DNA of 64,000 nt from Wenzhouxiangella sp. (GCA_007118895.1 SKQS01000016.1:8538-72537), one strand, 5' to 3'. Shown: positions 40,949 through 50,518, numbered from the stretch's first letter. Program-made: numbers and translations. The notes: generated by a model not told the origin, from the letters alone.

Positions 40949-42544
40949 TTATAAGTTCTGGTAATTGGGCCCCGAACCTCCCTCGGGGGTGACCCAGTTG
41001 ATCACCTGGTAAGGATCGGCGATATCGCAGGTCTTGCAATGCACGCAATTGGCGGCATTGATCTGCAGCCGCTTGCCCTGATCGTCTTCAACGACTTCGT
41101 AGACGTTGGCCGGACAGAATCGGGTGCAGGGATTACCGTATTCTTCCTCACAGCGGGTGAAGCAGATGTCCGGCTCGATGACCTTGAGATGTATCGGCTG
41201 GTCCTCATCGTGCGCGGTGGCTGCAAAGTACACCGAGGCCAGGCGATCGCGCGGCGGCAGCTCACGATCGACCCAGTCAAAGGCAAGACCCTGCTCGTTG
41301 CGCTTGCGGTACTGCTCGTGGTCGGCGTGATTGGCCAGGGTGCGCGGCAGCCGGCCGAAAGTGACGGTCTCGACCGCCGCGGTAAAAAGCCCGCGCCACA
41401 GGCCCTTGTTGAAACCGGGCCGGATGTTGCGCACCTTGTGCAGCTCGGCAACGATATCGGAGGCGCGCAGGCGCGCATCGAAACCTTCACTTTTCAGATT
41501 TTCTGCCAGGTGCCGGGCCGCCAGCATGCCCGACTTCATTGCCTGGTGCGTGCCCTTGATCTTCGGCACGTTGAGCAGGCCGGCCGAGTCACCGATCAGC
41601 AGCGCGCCCGGCATCTCGACTTTCGGCAGCGACTGGTAACCGCCTTCGACCAGCGCGCGGGCGCCGGAGGACAAGATCTCGCCGCCGTCAAGCAGCTCGC
41701 GCATGGTCGGATGGTGCTTGAACTGCTGAAAGGCCTCGAACGGTGAAAATGCCGGATCCTGGTAGTCCAGCCCGCAAACGAACCCGATCGCCACGCGGTT
41801 CTTGTCCAGGTGATAGACAAAACTGCCGCCGTAGATCTGCGGCGGCAGCGGCCAGCCGATGGTGTGCTGAATCAGGCCCGGATCAACCCGTCCCTCGGGC
41901 AGCTGCCAGAGCTCCTTCATGCCGATGCCGTAGGTCTGCGGATCAGCATCGGCCGCCAGGTCGAAGCGGGCAATTGCCTGCTTGGTCAGGCTGCCACGGC
42001 AGCCCTCGGCCAGCACCGTCACCGCGGCGCGGATTTCCACGCCCTGAACGTAGCTGTCCTTGGGCTGGCCGGCACGGTCCACACCCATGTCGCCGATCAC
42101 CACCCCGGCCACGGCGCCTGATTCGTCGATGACCAGATCGGCGGCAGCGAAACCCGGAAAAAGATCGACGCCCAGGGCTTCTGCCTTGGGCGCCAGCCAG
42201 GCGCACAGCGCGCCCAGCGAGACGATGAAATTACCGTGATTTTTCTGCTGCGGCGGGGTCGGCAGGCGCCTGGCCTTGTGCCTGGAAAGCAGCGTGAAGC
42301 GATCCTCTCCGGCCGGCACGCAGATCGGGGGCGGATTCTCGCGCCAGCCTTCGACCAGCTCATCCAGCGGTCCCGGCTCTATCACCGCCCCGGAGAGAAT
42401 CTGGGCGCCGATCTCGGACGCCTTCTCGATCACGCAGACATTGAGCTCGTTGTTTAGCTTTTTGAGCTGCATGGCGCAGGCCAGGCCGGCAGGACCGGCA
42501 CCGACCACCACCACGTCATATTCCATCACTTCGCGATCGGACAT
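40949..42544 (-). CDS. Electron transfer flavoprotein-ubiquinone oxidoreductase (ETF-QO)
   Basis: ATG 42544 gives MSDREVMEYDVVVVGAGPAGLACA (dinucleotide fold). The C-terminal 4Fe-4S region CPANVYE...INAANCVHCKTCDI and a length of 531 aa are typical of ETF-QO. The track extension to 42964 overlaps queA. Confidence 0.92.
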   Translation of the reverse strand: MSDREVMEYDVVVVGAGPAGLACAMQLKKLNNELNVCVIEKASEIGAQILSGAVIEPGPLDELVEGWRENPPPICVPAGEDRFTLLSRHKARRLPTPPQQKNHGNFIVSLGALCAWLAPKAEALGVDLFPGFAAADLVIDESGAVAGVVIGDMGVDRAGQPKDSYVQGVEIRAAVTVLAEGCRGSLTKQAIARFDLAADADPQTYGIGMKELWQLPEGRVDPGLIQHTIGWPLPPQIYGGSFVYHLDKNRVAIGFVCGLDYQDPAFSPFEAFQQFKHHPTMRELLDGGEILSSGARALVEGGYQSLPKVEMPGALLIGDSAGLLNVPKIKGTHQAMKSGMLAARHLAENLKSEGFDARLRASDIVAELHKVRNIRPGFNKGLWRGLFTAAVETVTFGRLPRTLANHADHEQYRKRNEQGLAFDWVDRELPPRDRLASVYFAATAHDEDQPIHLKVIEPDICFTRCEEEYGNPCTRFCPANVYEVVEDDQGKRLQINAANCVHCKTCDIADPYQVINWVTPEGGSGPNYQNL

Positions 42545-42581
42545 CTTGAAGTCTCTTGAGTCGGGGGCGGGAGAACGCCCA

Positions 42582-42587
42582 ATTATA
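42582..42587 (-). promoter_or_regulatory. Candidate -10 box (TATAAT on the minus strand) upstream of ETF-QO
   Basis: Plus-strand ATTATA at 42582..42587 is TATAAT on the coding strand, about 38 nt upstream of ATG 42544. It is followed by a small GGGCG/CGCCC hairpin. I found no good -35. Confidence 0.3.
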
Positions 42588-42609
42588 CCGGCTGGAGACG
42601 GTCCGGATT

Positions 42610-43647
42610 TCACTCCAGTGGTCTTTCGATCAACATCGCGTCGCCATAACTGAAGAAACGGTATTCGCGTTCCACCGCATGCCGATAGGCGGCGAGAATG
42701 CGCTCTCGGCCAGCCAGTGCGCTGACCAGCATCAGCAGCGTCGAGCCGGGCAGATGGAAATTGGTAATCAGCGCATCGATGGCGCGAAACTCGTAGCCGG
42801 GGTAGATGAACAGGCGGCTGTCGCCGCTGAACGCCTCCAGCTCGCCACTGACTGCAGCCGTTTCCAGCGCCCGGGCCGCCGTTGTGCCGACCGCGATCAC
42901 CCGGCCGCCGCGCGTCTGACAGGCCTTGACCTGCTCGACCAGTTTTTCGCCGACCTCCAGCCACTCGGCATGCATTCTATGGTCCTCGATCCGCGCTGCC
43001 CGCACCGGCTGGAAGGTGCCGGCACCAACATGCAGGGTGCAGAAGGCGCGCTCCACTCCCCGTTGATCGAGCCGATCGAACAGCGACTGATCGAAGTGCA
43101 GCCCGGCCGTGGGTGCGGCTACTGCGCCGGGGCGGCGGGCATACACGGTCTGGTAGCGTTCCCGGTCCAGCGGCTGATCATCGCGCTGGATGTATGGCGG
43201 CAGCGGCATGTGGCCATGTTCGGCCAGCAACCTGGCCCAGTCGGCTTCACCCCGCAGTCTCAGCCGCCAGAATTCACCCTCGCGCTCGACCAGCTCGGCC
43301 TGGCCGGCCTGTCCCGATTCGCCAAGGCCAAGCACCATGCCGGACCGTGGTTTGCGGTTGGCGCCAAGCTGGGCCATTGCGGTCTGGCCATCGATCAGCC
43401 GCTCGATCAGGATTTCCACCCGTCCGCCAGTCGGCTTGACGGCGCCCAGGCGGGCTGGAATGACACGGGTGTCATTGAGTACCAGCAGATCGCCGGCGGT
43501 AAGCAGCTCGGGCAGATCGGCAAACTGCCGATCGACCAGGCGACCGTCGGCGTCCAGATGCAGCAGGCGACTGGCCGAGCGACTGGCCGGTGGATGCTGT
43601 GCAATCAGCCGTTCGGGAAGCTCGAATTGGAAGTCGGAAAGTTTCAA
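42610..43647 (-). CDS. queA: S-adenosylmethionine:tRNA ribosyltransferase-isomerase
   Basis: 345 aa: MKLSDFQFELPERLIAQHP, LLVLNDTRVIPARL, PLPPYI, GAVAAPTAGLHF, NFHLPGSTLLMLVSA. Confidence 0.96.
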   Translation of the reverse strand: MKLSDFQFELPERLIAQHPPASRSASRLLHLDADGRLVDRQFADLPELLTAGDLLVLNDTRVIPARLGAVKPTGGRVEILIERLIDGQTAMAQLGANRKPRSGMVLGLGESGQAGQAELVEREGEFWRLRLRGEADWARLLAEHGHMPLPPYIQRDDQPLDRERYQTVYARRPGAVAAPTAGLHFDQSLFDRLDQRGVERAFCTLHVGAGTFQPVRAARIEDHRMHAEWLEVGEKLVEQVKACQTRGGRVIAVGTTAARALETAAVSGELEAFSGDSRLFIYPGYEFRAIDALITNFHLPGSTLLMLVSALAGRERILAAYRHAVEREYRFFSYGDAMLIERPLE

Positions 43648-43765
43648 GACGTTTCAGTGCCCGCATGGACCTTGTACCAAAGCACCGGATTATCCCCGTT
43701 TCCGGCACCCATTGTCCTGGCCGCACTCTGGCAATCACCGCCCGGATCGGGCAGACTTGCCGGCG

Positions 43766-44797
43766 ATGGAAACGACTCAACCATTCATGCTTGATCTGCA
43801 CAGCCACCTGCTGCCGGACGCGCTGCCTGACTTCAACTGCGCAGGAGCGACCGGGTTTCCCACCATCGAAGGCGATGGCGATGAACGCCGCATCATGATC
43901 GATGGCAAATTCTTTCGCGCAGTCGACCGTACTTCCTATGACATCGAACACCGCATCGAGGCCTACGCCGAAAAAGGCGTGCAGGTCCAGGTGGTGTGTA
44001 CGGTGCCGGTAATGTTCAGCTACCACCTGCCGGCCCGGCCTGCGGCGAAGTTTTCGCGGTTTCTCAACGACCACCTGGCCGGGGTCGAGCGCGAGCATCC
44101 CGAGCGGGTCGTGGCCCTGGGCACCGTGCCAATGCAGGACGTGTCGCTGGCCCTGGCCGAGCTCGAGCATATCGCCGGCGAACTGGGTCTGGTCGGTATA
44201 GAGATCGGCTCCAACATCAACAATCGCAACCTGGACGATCCCGAAATCTTCGAGATCTTCAGCGCCTGTCGCGATCTCGACCTGGCAGTACTGGTTCACC
44301 CCTGGGAAATGATGGGCACCGAGCACCTGCCTGACTACTGGCTACCCTGGCTGGTAGGCATGCCGGCCGAACTGTCGCGGGCGATCTGCTGCATGATCTT
44401 CGGCGGAGTCTTCGAGCGCCTGCCTGGCTTAAGGGTCTGCTTCGCCCATGGCGGCGGGTCGTTCCCGTTCACGCTGGGCCGCATAGAGCACGGCTTCAAA
44501 ATGCGCCCGGACCTGGTAGCCACCCGCAATCCGGTCAACCCGCGCGACTACCTTGGCCGGTTCTGGGTTGACTCGGTGACCCACGATGTCAAGGCCCTGG
44601 CCTTCCTGATCGAGCTGATGGGCAGCGAGCGGGTGGCCATGGGCACCGACTACCCCTTTCCACTCGGCGAACAGGAGCCGGGTGCACTGATCCATGAGCT
44701 GGACCTTCAGGCACCGGTGAGCCAGCGCCTGCTGTGGCAGAACGCGCTGGAATTTCTGAACCTGCCGCCGGAACGATTCGGACTGACCACGACATGA
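43766..44797 (+). CDS. 2-amino-3-carboxymuconate-6-semialdehyde decarboxylase (ACMSD; amidohydrolase_2 family)
   Basis: It is collinear by eye with animal ACMSD: LDLHSHLLP, CTVPVMFSY, LGTVPMQ, VHPWEMMG, DYWLPWLVGMPAE, VCFAHGGGSFPFTLGRIEHGFKMRPDL, GTDYPFPLGEQEPG. The start is ATG 43766, or the second Met at 43787. The track ORF from 43190 is an antisense-of-queA extension. Confidence 0.9.
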   Translation: METTQPFMLDLHSHLLPDALPDFNCAGATGFPTIEGDGDERRIMIDGKFFRAVDRTSYDIEHRIEAYAEKGVQVQVVCTVPVMFSYHLPARPAAKFSRFLNDHLAGVEREHPERVVALGTVPMQDVSLALAELEHIAGELGLVGIEIGSNINNRNLDDPEIFEIFSACRDLDLAVLVHPWEMMGTEHLPDYWLPWLVGMPAELSRAICCMIFGGVFERLPGLRVCFAHGGGSFPFTLGRIEHGFKMRPDLVATRNPVNPRDYLGRFWVDSVTHDVKALAFLIELMGSERVAMGTDYPFPLGEQEPGALIHELDLQAPVSQRLLWQNALEFLNLPPERFGLTTT

Positions 44798-45588
44798 TGC
44801 TGACCTTCGATTTCGGGGCTCGGCGAGCAAGCTGCGACCTTTCGCTCGGCCATCGGCTGGCGATCGATGCCAGTGACGGTGAGCATCCGCTTTTTTTTGT
44901 CGACCAGCCGATCACTCGGCAGAGCCTGACGGCCGGCGGATTCGTCGGCGATACCCGCCGCGGCGGTAGCTGCAACGTCGAAGTGCTGACGATGATTCCG
45001 CACTGCCACGGCACCCACACCGAAGGCCCCGGCCATCTGTGGGACGATCAGCCTGCGGCTTTTCAGCTGATGCCGGCATCGCCGCTGCCGGCGATGCTGG
45101 TCAGCATGGCGCCGCGCACCGGTACTGACGCCACCGAGACCCGACTCGGCGAGGGCCCGCTGATCGAATCCGACCAGATCGACTGGCCGGACGGCTGTCG
45201 CGCGCTGATCCTGCGCACCCTGCCCAACGACCCGGCCAAGCAGGCCTTCGACTATGCCAGCAGGCCACCCTACCCGCTGCTCAGCCTTGAGGCCATGCAG
45301 CGCATCGCCAATGGCAGCATCGAGCACCTGCTGATCGATACCCCGTCGCTGGATGCTGCAGATGACGGTGGCCGGTTGGCCCTGCACCGGCTGTTCTGGG
45401 GCCGGGCCAGCGATGCCTCCCGGCCTGCCGATGATCGCCTGTCCTGCACCGTCACCGAGTTGATCTACGTGCCGGACGCAGTCGCCGATGGACCCGGCCT
45501 GTTGATGCTTGGCGGCCTGGCCATTCCCGGCGACGCCACCCCCTCGATGCCGGTATTCTTTCCCGGCCAGCTGGAGCCGGCCAAATGA
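44794..45588 (+). CDS. kynB: Cyclase-fold protein, probable kynurenine formamidase (divergent KynB-like)
   Basis: ATG 44794 overlaps the ACMSD stop (ATGA). NVEVLTMIPHCHGTHTEGPGH resembles the KynB/cyclase metal motif HxGxHxDxPxH but carries E where D is usual. LLIDTPSLDAADD resembles KynB's IDTPSLD. Its position between ACMSD and kynU supports the call. Confidence 0.6.
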   Translation: MMLTFDFGARRASCDLSLGHRLAIDASDGEHPLFFVDQPITRQSLTAGGFVGDTRRGGSCNVEVLTMIPHCHGTHTEGPGHLWDDQPAAFQLMPASPLPAMLVSMAPRTGTDATETRLGEGPLIESDQIDWPDGCRALILRTLPNDPAKQAFDYASRPPYPLLSLEAMQRIANGSIEHLLIDTPSLDAADDGGRLALHRLFWGRASDASRPADDRLSCTVTELIYVPDAVADGPGLLMLGGLAIPGDATPSMPVFFPGQLEPAK

Positions 45589-46808
45589 ATATCGAAGCCG
45601 GCTTCCTGCGCGACAGGTTCCGCATTCCGGCGGGCCCGGACGGCAACCCCAGCCTTTACTTTTGCGGCAATTCCCTGGGCCTGCAGCCGATCGCCGCCGC
45701 CGAGGCCGTCGAAGCCGAGCTGGAGCGCTGGGCCCGGCTGGGGGTAGCCGGTCATTTCGACGGCCTGCTGGCATGGATGCCCTACCACCGCCTGTTGACC
45801 GACCACCTGGCCGAACTGGTGGGTGCCGAGAAGCACGAGGTGGTGGCAATGAATTCGCTGACCGTCAACCTGCACCTGATGATGATCAGCTTCTACCGAC
45901 CGCACGGGGAGCGCCGGCGCATCCTGATCGAACGCGGTGCCTTTCCCTCCGACCGCCATGCCGTGGCCTCGCAGATCGCCCTGCACGGGCTGGATACCGA
46001 GCATGATCTGGTCGAGCTGGCGCCGCGCCGCGACGGACTGATCCACGAGGAAGACCTGGAGGACTACCTCAATGACCACGGCGAGCGCGTCGCCCTGGTG
46101 CTGTGGCCGGGAGTGCAATACGCCACTGGCCAGGTATTCGACCTGGAACGCATTGCCGGGGCTTGTCGCAAGGCCGGTGCGGTGCTCGGCCTGGACCTGG
46201 CCCACGCGGTCGGCAATATCCCGCTGAAGCTGCACGAGCTCGGTGCCGACTTCGCTGTCTGGTGCAGTTACAAGTACCTCAATGCCGGGCCTGGTGCGGT
46301 GGCTGGCTGTTTCGTTCACCAGCGCCACGAACGCCACCAGGGACCGCGGCTGGCCGGCTGGTGGGGACATGACGAGGCCAGTCGATTTCGGATGGGACCG
46401 GACTTCGAGGCCAGCCGCGGCGCCGAGGGCTGGCAACTGTCCAATCCGCCGATCCTGGCCATGGCGCCCCTGCGCGCTTCGCTGGATTTGTTTCATGAGG
46501 CCGGGATGGAGCAGCTACGGCGGCTGTCGCTGGAGCTGACCGGGCACCTGGCCGGCGAGCTGAACCGGCGGGTCGGTGACCACCTGGATATCCTGACACC
46601 GCTGGAGCCACAGCGCAGGGGCTGCCAGCTGTCGCTACGCATTCACGGCGGACGACGGGCCGGTCGCCAGCTGTTCGAACGCCTCGAGGGCCATGGCGTG
46701 GTCGCCGACTGGCGCGAGCCGGACATCATCCGCATCGCCCCGACGCCGCTGTACAACACCGCCGAGGAAACCGAACGCTTCGTCAGGCTGGTGGAGAAGC
46801 TGTTATGA
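45585..46808 (+). CDS. kynU: Kynureninase
   Basis: 407 aa PLP enzyme: YFCGNSLGLQP, LTVNLHLMM, FPSDRHAV, CSYKYLNAGPGAVAGCFVH (PLP lysine context), GWWGH, GWQLSNPP. The ATG overlaps the upstream stop. Confidence 0.93.
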   Translation: MNIEAGFLRDRFRIPAGPDGNPSLYFCGNSLGLQPIAAAEAVEAELERWARLGVAGHFDGLLAWMPYHRLLTDHLAELVGAEKHEVVAMNSLTVNLHLMMISFYRPHGERRRILIERGAFPSDRHAVASQIALHGLDTEHDLVELAPRRDGLIHEEDLEDYLNDHGERVALVLWPGVQYATGQVFDLERIAGACRKAGAVLGLDLAHAVGNIPLKLHELGADFAVWCSYKYLNAGPGAVAGCFVHQRHERHQGPRLAGWWGHDEASRFRMGPDFEASRGAEGWQLSNPPILAMAPLRASLDLFHEAGMEQLRRLSLELTGHLAGELNRRVGDHLDILTPLEPQRRGCQLSLRIHGGRRAGRQLFERLEGHGVVADWREPDIIRIAPTPLYNTAEETERFVRLVEKLL

Positions 46809-48157
46809 AAGCGCGCCGACTGACCCTGGTCGGGGCCGGCCTGGCCGGTGCCCTTCTGGCCACGCTGCTGGCCCGACGTGGCTTCGAGGTGGAGGTCTTC
46901 GAGCGCTACCCTGACCCCCGGCGGGCAACGGTTCCGGCCGGCCGCTCGATCAACCTGGCTCTGGCCGAGCGCGGCCGGGCCGCCCTGGCCGAGGCCGATC
47001 TGCTTGAAGGGGTTGGCGACTTCGCCCTGCCAATGGCCGGCAGAATGCTGCACGAGCCCGATCAGCCGCCGCGGCTGCAGCGCTACAGCCAGCACCCGGA
47101 TGAAGTCATCTATTCGGTGCACCGCGGCCATCTCAATCGCTACCTGCTCGATGCCGCTGAAGCCGCCGGCGCCCGGCTTGTTTTCGACCAGCCGCTGGTC
47201 GCAGTGGATTTTCCGCAGCGCCTGGCGCGGTTTGGTCATACCGGTGAGACTCGACAGCACGGCTTCGAGGTGCTGATCGGCAGCGATGGCGCCGGTTCGG
47301 CGCTTAGACAGGCAATTGCCGAAGAGACCGAGCTGGGGCTGCGCGAAGTGCCGCTGGATCACGGCTACAAGGAGCTGACCATTGCCCCGGTCGACGGCGC
47401 CCATGCCATCGAGCCCGAGGCCCTGCATATCTGGCCGCGCGGCGGCTTCATGATGATCGCCCTGCCCAACCCCGACGCCAGCTTCACCTGCACCCTGTTC
47501 CTGGAAAACCATGGCCGGCCGGGATTCGATTCCATCGCCGAAACCGACGACGGTATGGCTTTTCTGGCCGCCGAGTTCCCCGACGCGCTGGCACTGATGC
47601 CCAACGCACGCGACGAGCTGGCCGGCAATCCGGTCGGCTTTCTTGGCACCCTGTACCTGGACTGCTGGCGACTCGATGGCCGGGCCGTGCTGCTGGGCGA
47701 TGCCGCCCACGCCATCGTTCCCTTTCACGGCCAGGGCATGAATGCCGCGTTCGAGGACTGCGTGTCGCTGGCTCGTCACTTGAGCGAGCACAACGACTGT
47801 GACGCCGCGTTTGCCGCCTTCGAGGCCGAGCGCAAGCCCAACGCCGATGCTATCGCCGCCATGGCGCTGGATAACTACGAGGAAATGCGGGCCAGCGTGC
47901 GAGATCCACGCTTTCATCTGAAGAAAGAGCTGGAGTGGTGGCTGGAACGCGAGCTGCCGGAGCGCTTCGTGCCGCGCTATTCGATGGTCATGTTCCGGCC
48001 CGACATCCCCTATGCCGAGGCCAGGCGCCGCGGCGAAATCCAGGCGCGCCTGCTTGATGCCCATACCGCCAAGGCAGAGAGCCTGGATCAGGTCGATTAC
48101 CAGGCGCTCAGGCAGGAGGTCATGGCAGTACTCAAACCGCTGCCAATACGCTCATGA
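46805..48157 (+). CDS. kmo: Kynurenine 3-monooxygenase (FAD-dependent)
   Basis: 450 aa, aligning by eye along its whole length with Pseudomonas KMO: VGAGLAGALLA, RSINLALAERG, IGSDGAGSALR, HGYKELTI, ALHIWPRGGFMMIALPN, LLGDAAHAIVPFHGQGMNAAFED, FVPRYSMVMF. Confidence 0.95.
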   Translation: MKARRLTLVGAGLAGALLATLLARRGFEVEVFERYPDPRRATVPAGRSINLALAERGRAALAEADLLEGVGDFALPMAGRMLHEPDQPPRLQRYSQHPDEVIYSVHRGHLNRYLLDAAEAAGARLVFDQPLVAVDFPQRLARFGHTGETRQHGFEVLIGSDGAGSALRQAIAEETELGLREVPLDHGYKELTIAPVDGAHAIEPEALHIWPRGGFMMIALPNPDASFTCTLFLENHGRPGFDSIAETDDGMAFLAAEFPDALALMPNARDELAGNPVGFLGTLYLDCWRLDGRAVLLGDAAHAIVPFHGQGMNAAFEDCVSLARHLSEHNDCDAAFAAFEAERKPNADAIAAMALDNYEEMRASVRDPRFHLKKELEWWLERELPERFVPRYSMVMFRPDIPYAEARRRGEIQARLLDAHTAKAESLDQVDYQALRQEVMAVLKPLPIRS

Positions 48158-48876
48158 GCGACTCGCCAGACCGACGATTTCCCCGGCCGGCGCTGGGCCC
48201 GCTCCTGGGGGTGGTCGCCGTGCTGGCAATGATCGCGCTGGCGATGAGCGAAGCCGAGCGACTGATCGGCCTGCTGCGCGACATCGAAAGCATGGTCGAT
48301 CGCAAACCGCTGCAGGCCATGCTGGTCTACGTTGCCGCCTTCGTCGTTCTTGCCACCCTGGCGCTGCCGATCGGCTCCCTGTTCTGCCTCGCTGCCGGCT
48401 ACCTGTTCGGCACCTGGACCGGCGCTGCGGCAGCGCTGATCGGCGGAACCCTGGCCGCCCTGCTGACCTTCGTGCTGGCCCGCTACCTGATTGGACATCC
48501 GCTGCACGACCGGCTTTATGCCAGCCGCGCCCGCAAGCTGCTGACCCTGCTGGAACGCAATGCCTTCTACTACCTGGTGCTGCTGCGCATCGTCCCGGTC
48601 GCGCCGTTTTTCGTCGTCAATGCCGCGGCCGGACTGACCCGCACGACAACGCTGTTTTATACCTTCGCCACCGTTCTCGGACTGATTCCCACCGCCATCA
48701 TCTACTCGGCCGTTGGCGCCGGCCTGGGCTCGCTGCTGGAAGCGCGCGAACTGGCCGGGCCGGCGCTGTTGCTGGAACCGCGCATCGCCCTGCCACTGCT
48801 TGCCCTGGTACTACTGATCCTCGGCACCTGGGCGGCCCGCCGCTGGCTGCTCAGCCTGCGCGACGATGAGTGTTAG
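48154..48876 (+). CDS. TVP38/TMEM64 family (DedA-superfamily) inner-membrane protein
   Basis: 240 aa and polytopic. The LRIVPVAPFFVVNAAAGLT motif is typical of the family. The ATG overlaps the kmo stop (ATGA). Confidence 0.8.
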   Translation: MSDSPDRRFPRPALGPLLGVVAVLAMIALAMSEAERLIGLLRDIESMVDRKPLQAMLVYVAAFVVLATLALPIGSLFCLAAGYLFGTWTGAAAALIGGTLAALLTFVLARYLIGHPLHDRLYASRARKLLTLLERNAFYYLVLLRIVPVAPFFVVNAAAGLTRTTTLFYTFATVLGLIPTAIIYSAVGAGLGSLLEARELAGPALLLEPRIALPLLALVLLILGTWAARRWLLSLRDDEC

Positions 48877-48907
48877 CCCAGAAAAGCTCTGGATCGCCAG
48901 AAAAGCC

Positions 48908-50518
48908 TCAGGTCTCGAACCGCCACACCGCCACCAGCTCGTCCTCGTACCAGGGCTGGCCCAGGCGCTGAGTCAGGATCTGCTGGCAGCGCGCCCGGCG
49001 CGGCAGCTCGCGCACTCCCGGCACCACAGGGGTGGTGCGGTGGAAGACAAGAAAGTGATTGGCAGGTGGGTTGTCAATGATCTCAGAGAGATAGACGTGA
49101 TTTCTCAAAATTACGTCGTCTCGATCCGGCGGGATCTCGCCAAAGGTCCAATCCACGCACAGACCGGAAATCATCCCCAGCCGAACCGGCCGCCGGTGCA
49201 CCCGCTGATAAACCATCAGCGGACTGTAGGATTCGAAATAATACGGCGTATCGATCACCGTCCAGTCCCCCTCCTCGGCGGCGATCCGGTGCATCACCGG
49301 CGATACCTGGATGGCCCGGGAAAACTCGCGAAACAGGCTGCGCTCGATGTTGTAGTCGGCCTGGTAGTAGTAGTGCATGGTGTGGTTGTTGGGCGCCCGG
49401 TAGATCTCCGGCAGCGGACCGGCCAGGTACAGCGCAACAGCGGTCGCCGCACCGCCCGCACCTGCCAGCCACGGCCGATCCAGACGCTCTGACAAGGCTC
49501 GCAAAACGCTGCCCAGACCAATCCCGGCCAGCGCCAGCATGAACACCTGGACCACCACCAGGTAGCGTGCCAACACGCCGCCTGACTGGATCCAGGCCGG
49601 GCTGGCCAGGATGACCAGCGCAATCGCCGAAACCAGCACGAATCCCAGGTACATCGCCAGGTCGGCCGCCCGGCGCGCGATCACGACAGCCCCGCCAATG
49701 GCCAGCAAGCCGACCAGCAGTGCTGCCGGCCATAGACCGCTGCCGGCAAACAGCTGCCAGGCCACCGCCACGGCCTCGAAGATCAGCCGGCCGTCGGCGA
49801 CCTTGTCGCCCAGCGTCGCCCAGTCCTTGAGAAACGGCACAAGCAACAGCGCCAGCACCGCAAGCGCGGTCGCTCCACCGAGCAGAATGATGCGTAGCGC
49901 CGGGCGCCAGTCAGCGCTGGAAAGTCCTTGGCGACAGTCCAGCACCAGGCACCAGGTCAAAGCCGGCGCGATGTAGATCAGCATCAGCGGATGCAGCCAG
50001 GCTGCAAGCACCGCCGGCACGGCAAACAGCCAAGCCCAGTGACCGCCCCGCCGGCGCCATTGCCACAGCGCCAGCAGGGCCATGACCACGCCAAGCGCAA
50101 CCAGCGCATAGGGCCGGGCCTGGCGGCTGAAGAAAATCAGCAAGGGGCTGATTGCCAGCAGCAGGCCGATCAGCCAGCCCTCGTAACGTTCCAGCCAGGG
50201 CTTGAGCAGCCAGGGCACGGCGAAGACCAGGCCGACCCCGGCGGCCAGCGAGGGAATGCGCATGACCAGTTCGTTCAGCCCGGATATGCCGGCCAGGCTC
50301 TTGTATAGCAGCGTCAGGGGAATACTGTGATCAGCGCCGCCGAAGTTGCTGAAGATGTCCCAATAGCCGGCCCGCATCAACTTGTGCAGGGCGTGCCATT
50401 CATCATCGAATAGGAACTGCGCATGGACATGCCACAGCCGCAGCCACAGCGCAACGGCGAGCACCGCCAGCCAGGCGGCAAGGCGCCAGCCGAAGGCCGG
50501 CTCGCCCGCCCGAATCAC
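48908..50518 (-). CDS. Glycosyltransferase family 39 / ArnT-like polyprenyl-phosphate-sugar-dependent transferase
   Basis: About 536 aa, with roughly 10-12 TM helices followed by a soluble C-terminal domain of about 150 aa. This is the GT-C architecture. The preferred start GTG 50518 overlaps the GT2 stop (GTGA); the track uses GTG 50545. Confidence 0.7.
   Translation of the reverse strand: MIRAGEPAFGWRLAAWLAVLAVALWLRLWHVHAQFLFDDEWHALHKLMRAGYWDIFSNFGGADHSIPLTLLYKSLAGISGLNELVMRIPSLAAGVGLVFAVPWLLKPWLERYEGWLIGLLLAISPLLIFFSRQARPYALVALGVVMALLALWQWRRRGGHWAWLFAVPAVLAAWLHPLMLIYIAPALTWCLVLDCRQGLSSADWRPALRIILLGGATALAVLALLLVPFLKDWATLGDKVADGRLIFEAVAVAWQLFAGSGLWPAALLVGLLAIGGAVVIARRAADLAMYLGFVLVSAIALVILASPAWIQSGGVLARYLVVVQVFMLALAGIGLGSVLRALSERLDRPWLAGAGGAATAVALYLAGPLPEIYRAPNNHTMHYYYQADYNIERSLFREFSRAIQVSPVMHRIAAEEGDWTVIDTPYYFESYSPLMVYQRVHRRPVRLGMISGLCVDWTFGEIPPDRDDVILRNHVYLSEIIDNPPANHFLVFHRTTPVVPGVRELPRRARCQQILTQRLGQPWYEDELVAVWRFET

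Noticed and set aside
42545-42964. N-terminal extensions offered by the ORF track: ETF-QO to 42964, aroA to 34139, serC to 36352, wbpM-like to 27283, GT4 to 28317, ACMSD from 43190, ccmG from 61895, ccmC from 57851, and the sugar dehydrogenase from 12008.
   Set aside because: All of these extensions overlap the neighbouring gene and translate to junk. Internal starts reproduce canonical N-termini and give 1- or 4-nt stop/start overlaps or short gaps.
48878-48906. 10-bp direct repeat CCAGAAAAGC (48878..48887 and 48897..48906) in the 31-nt gap between the convergent TVP38 and GT39 genes.
   Set aside because: It is a single short duplicate with no inverted-repeat partner, no flanking mobile-element genes and no target-site-like context. 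It is most simply chance or a slippage remnant.
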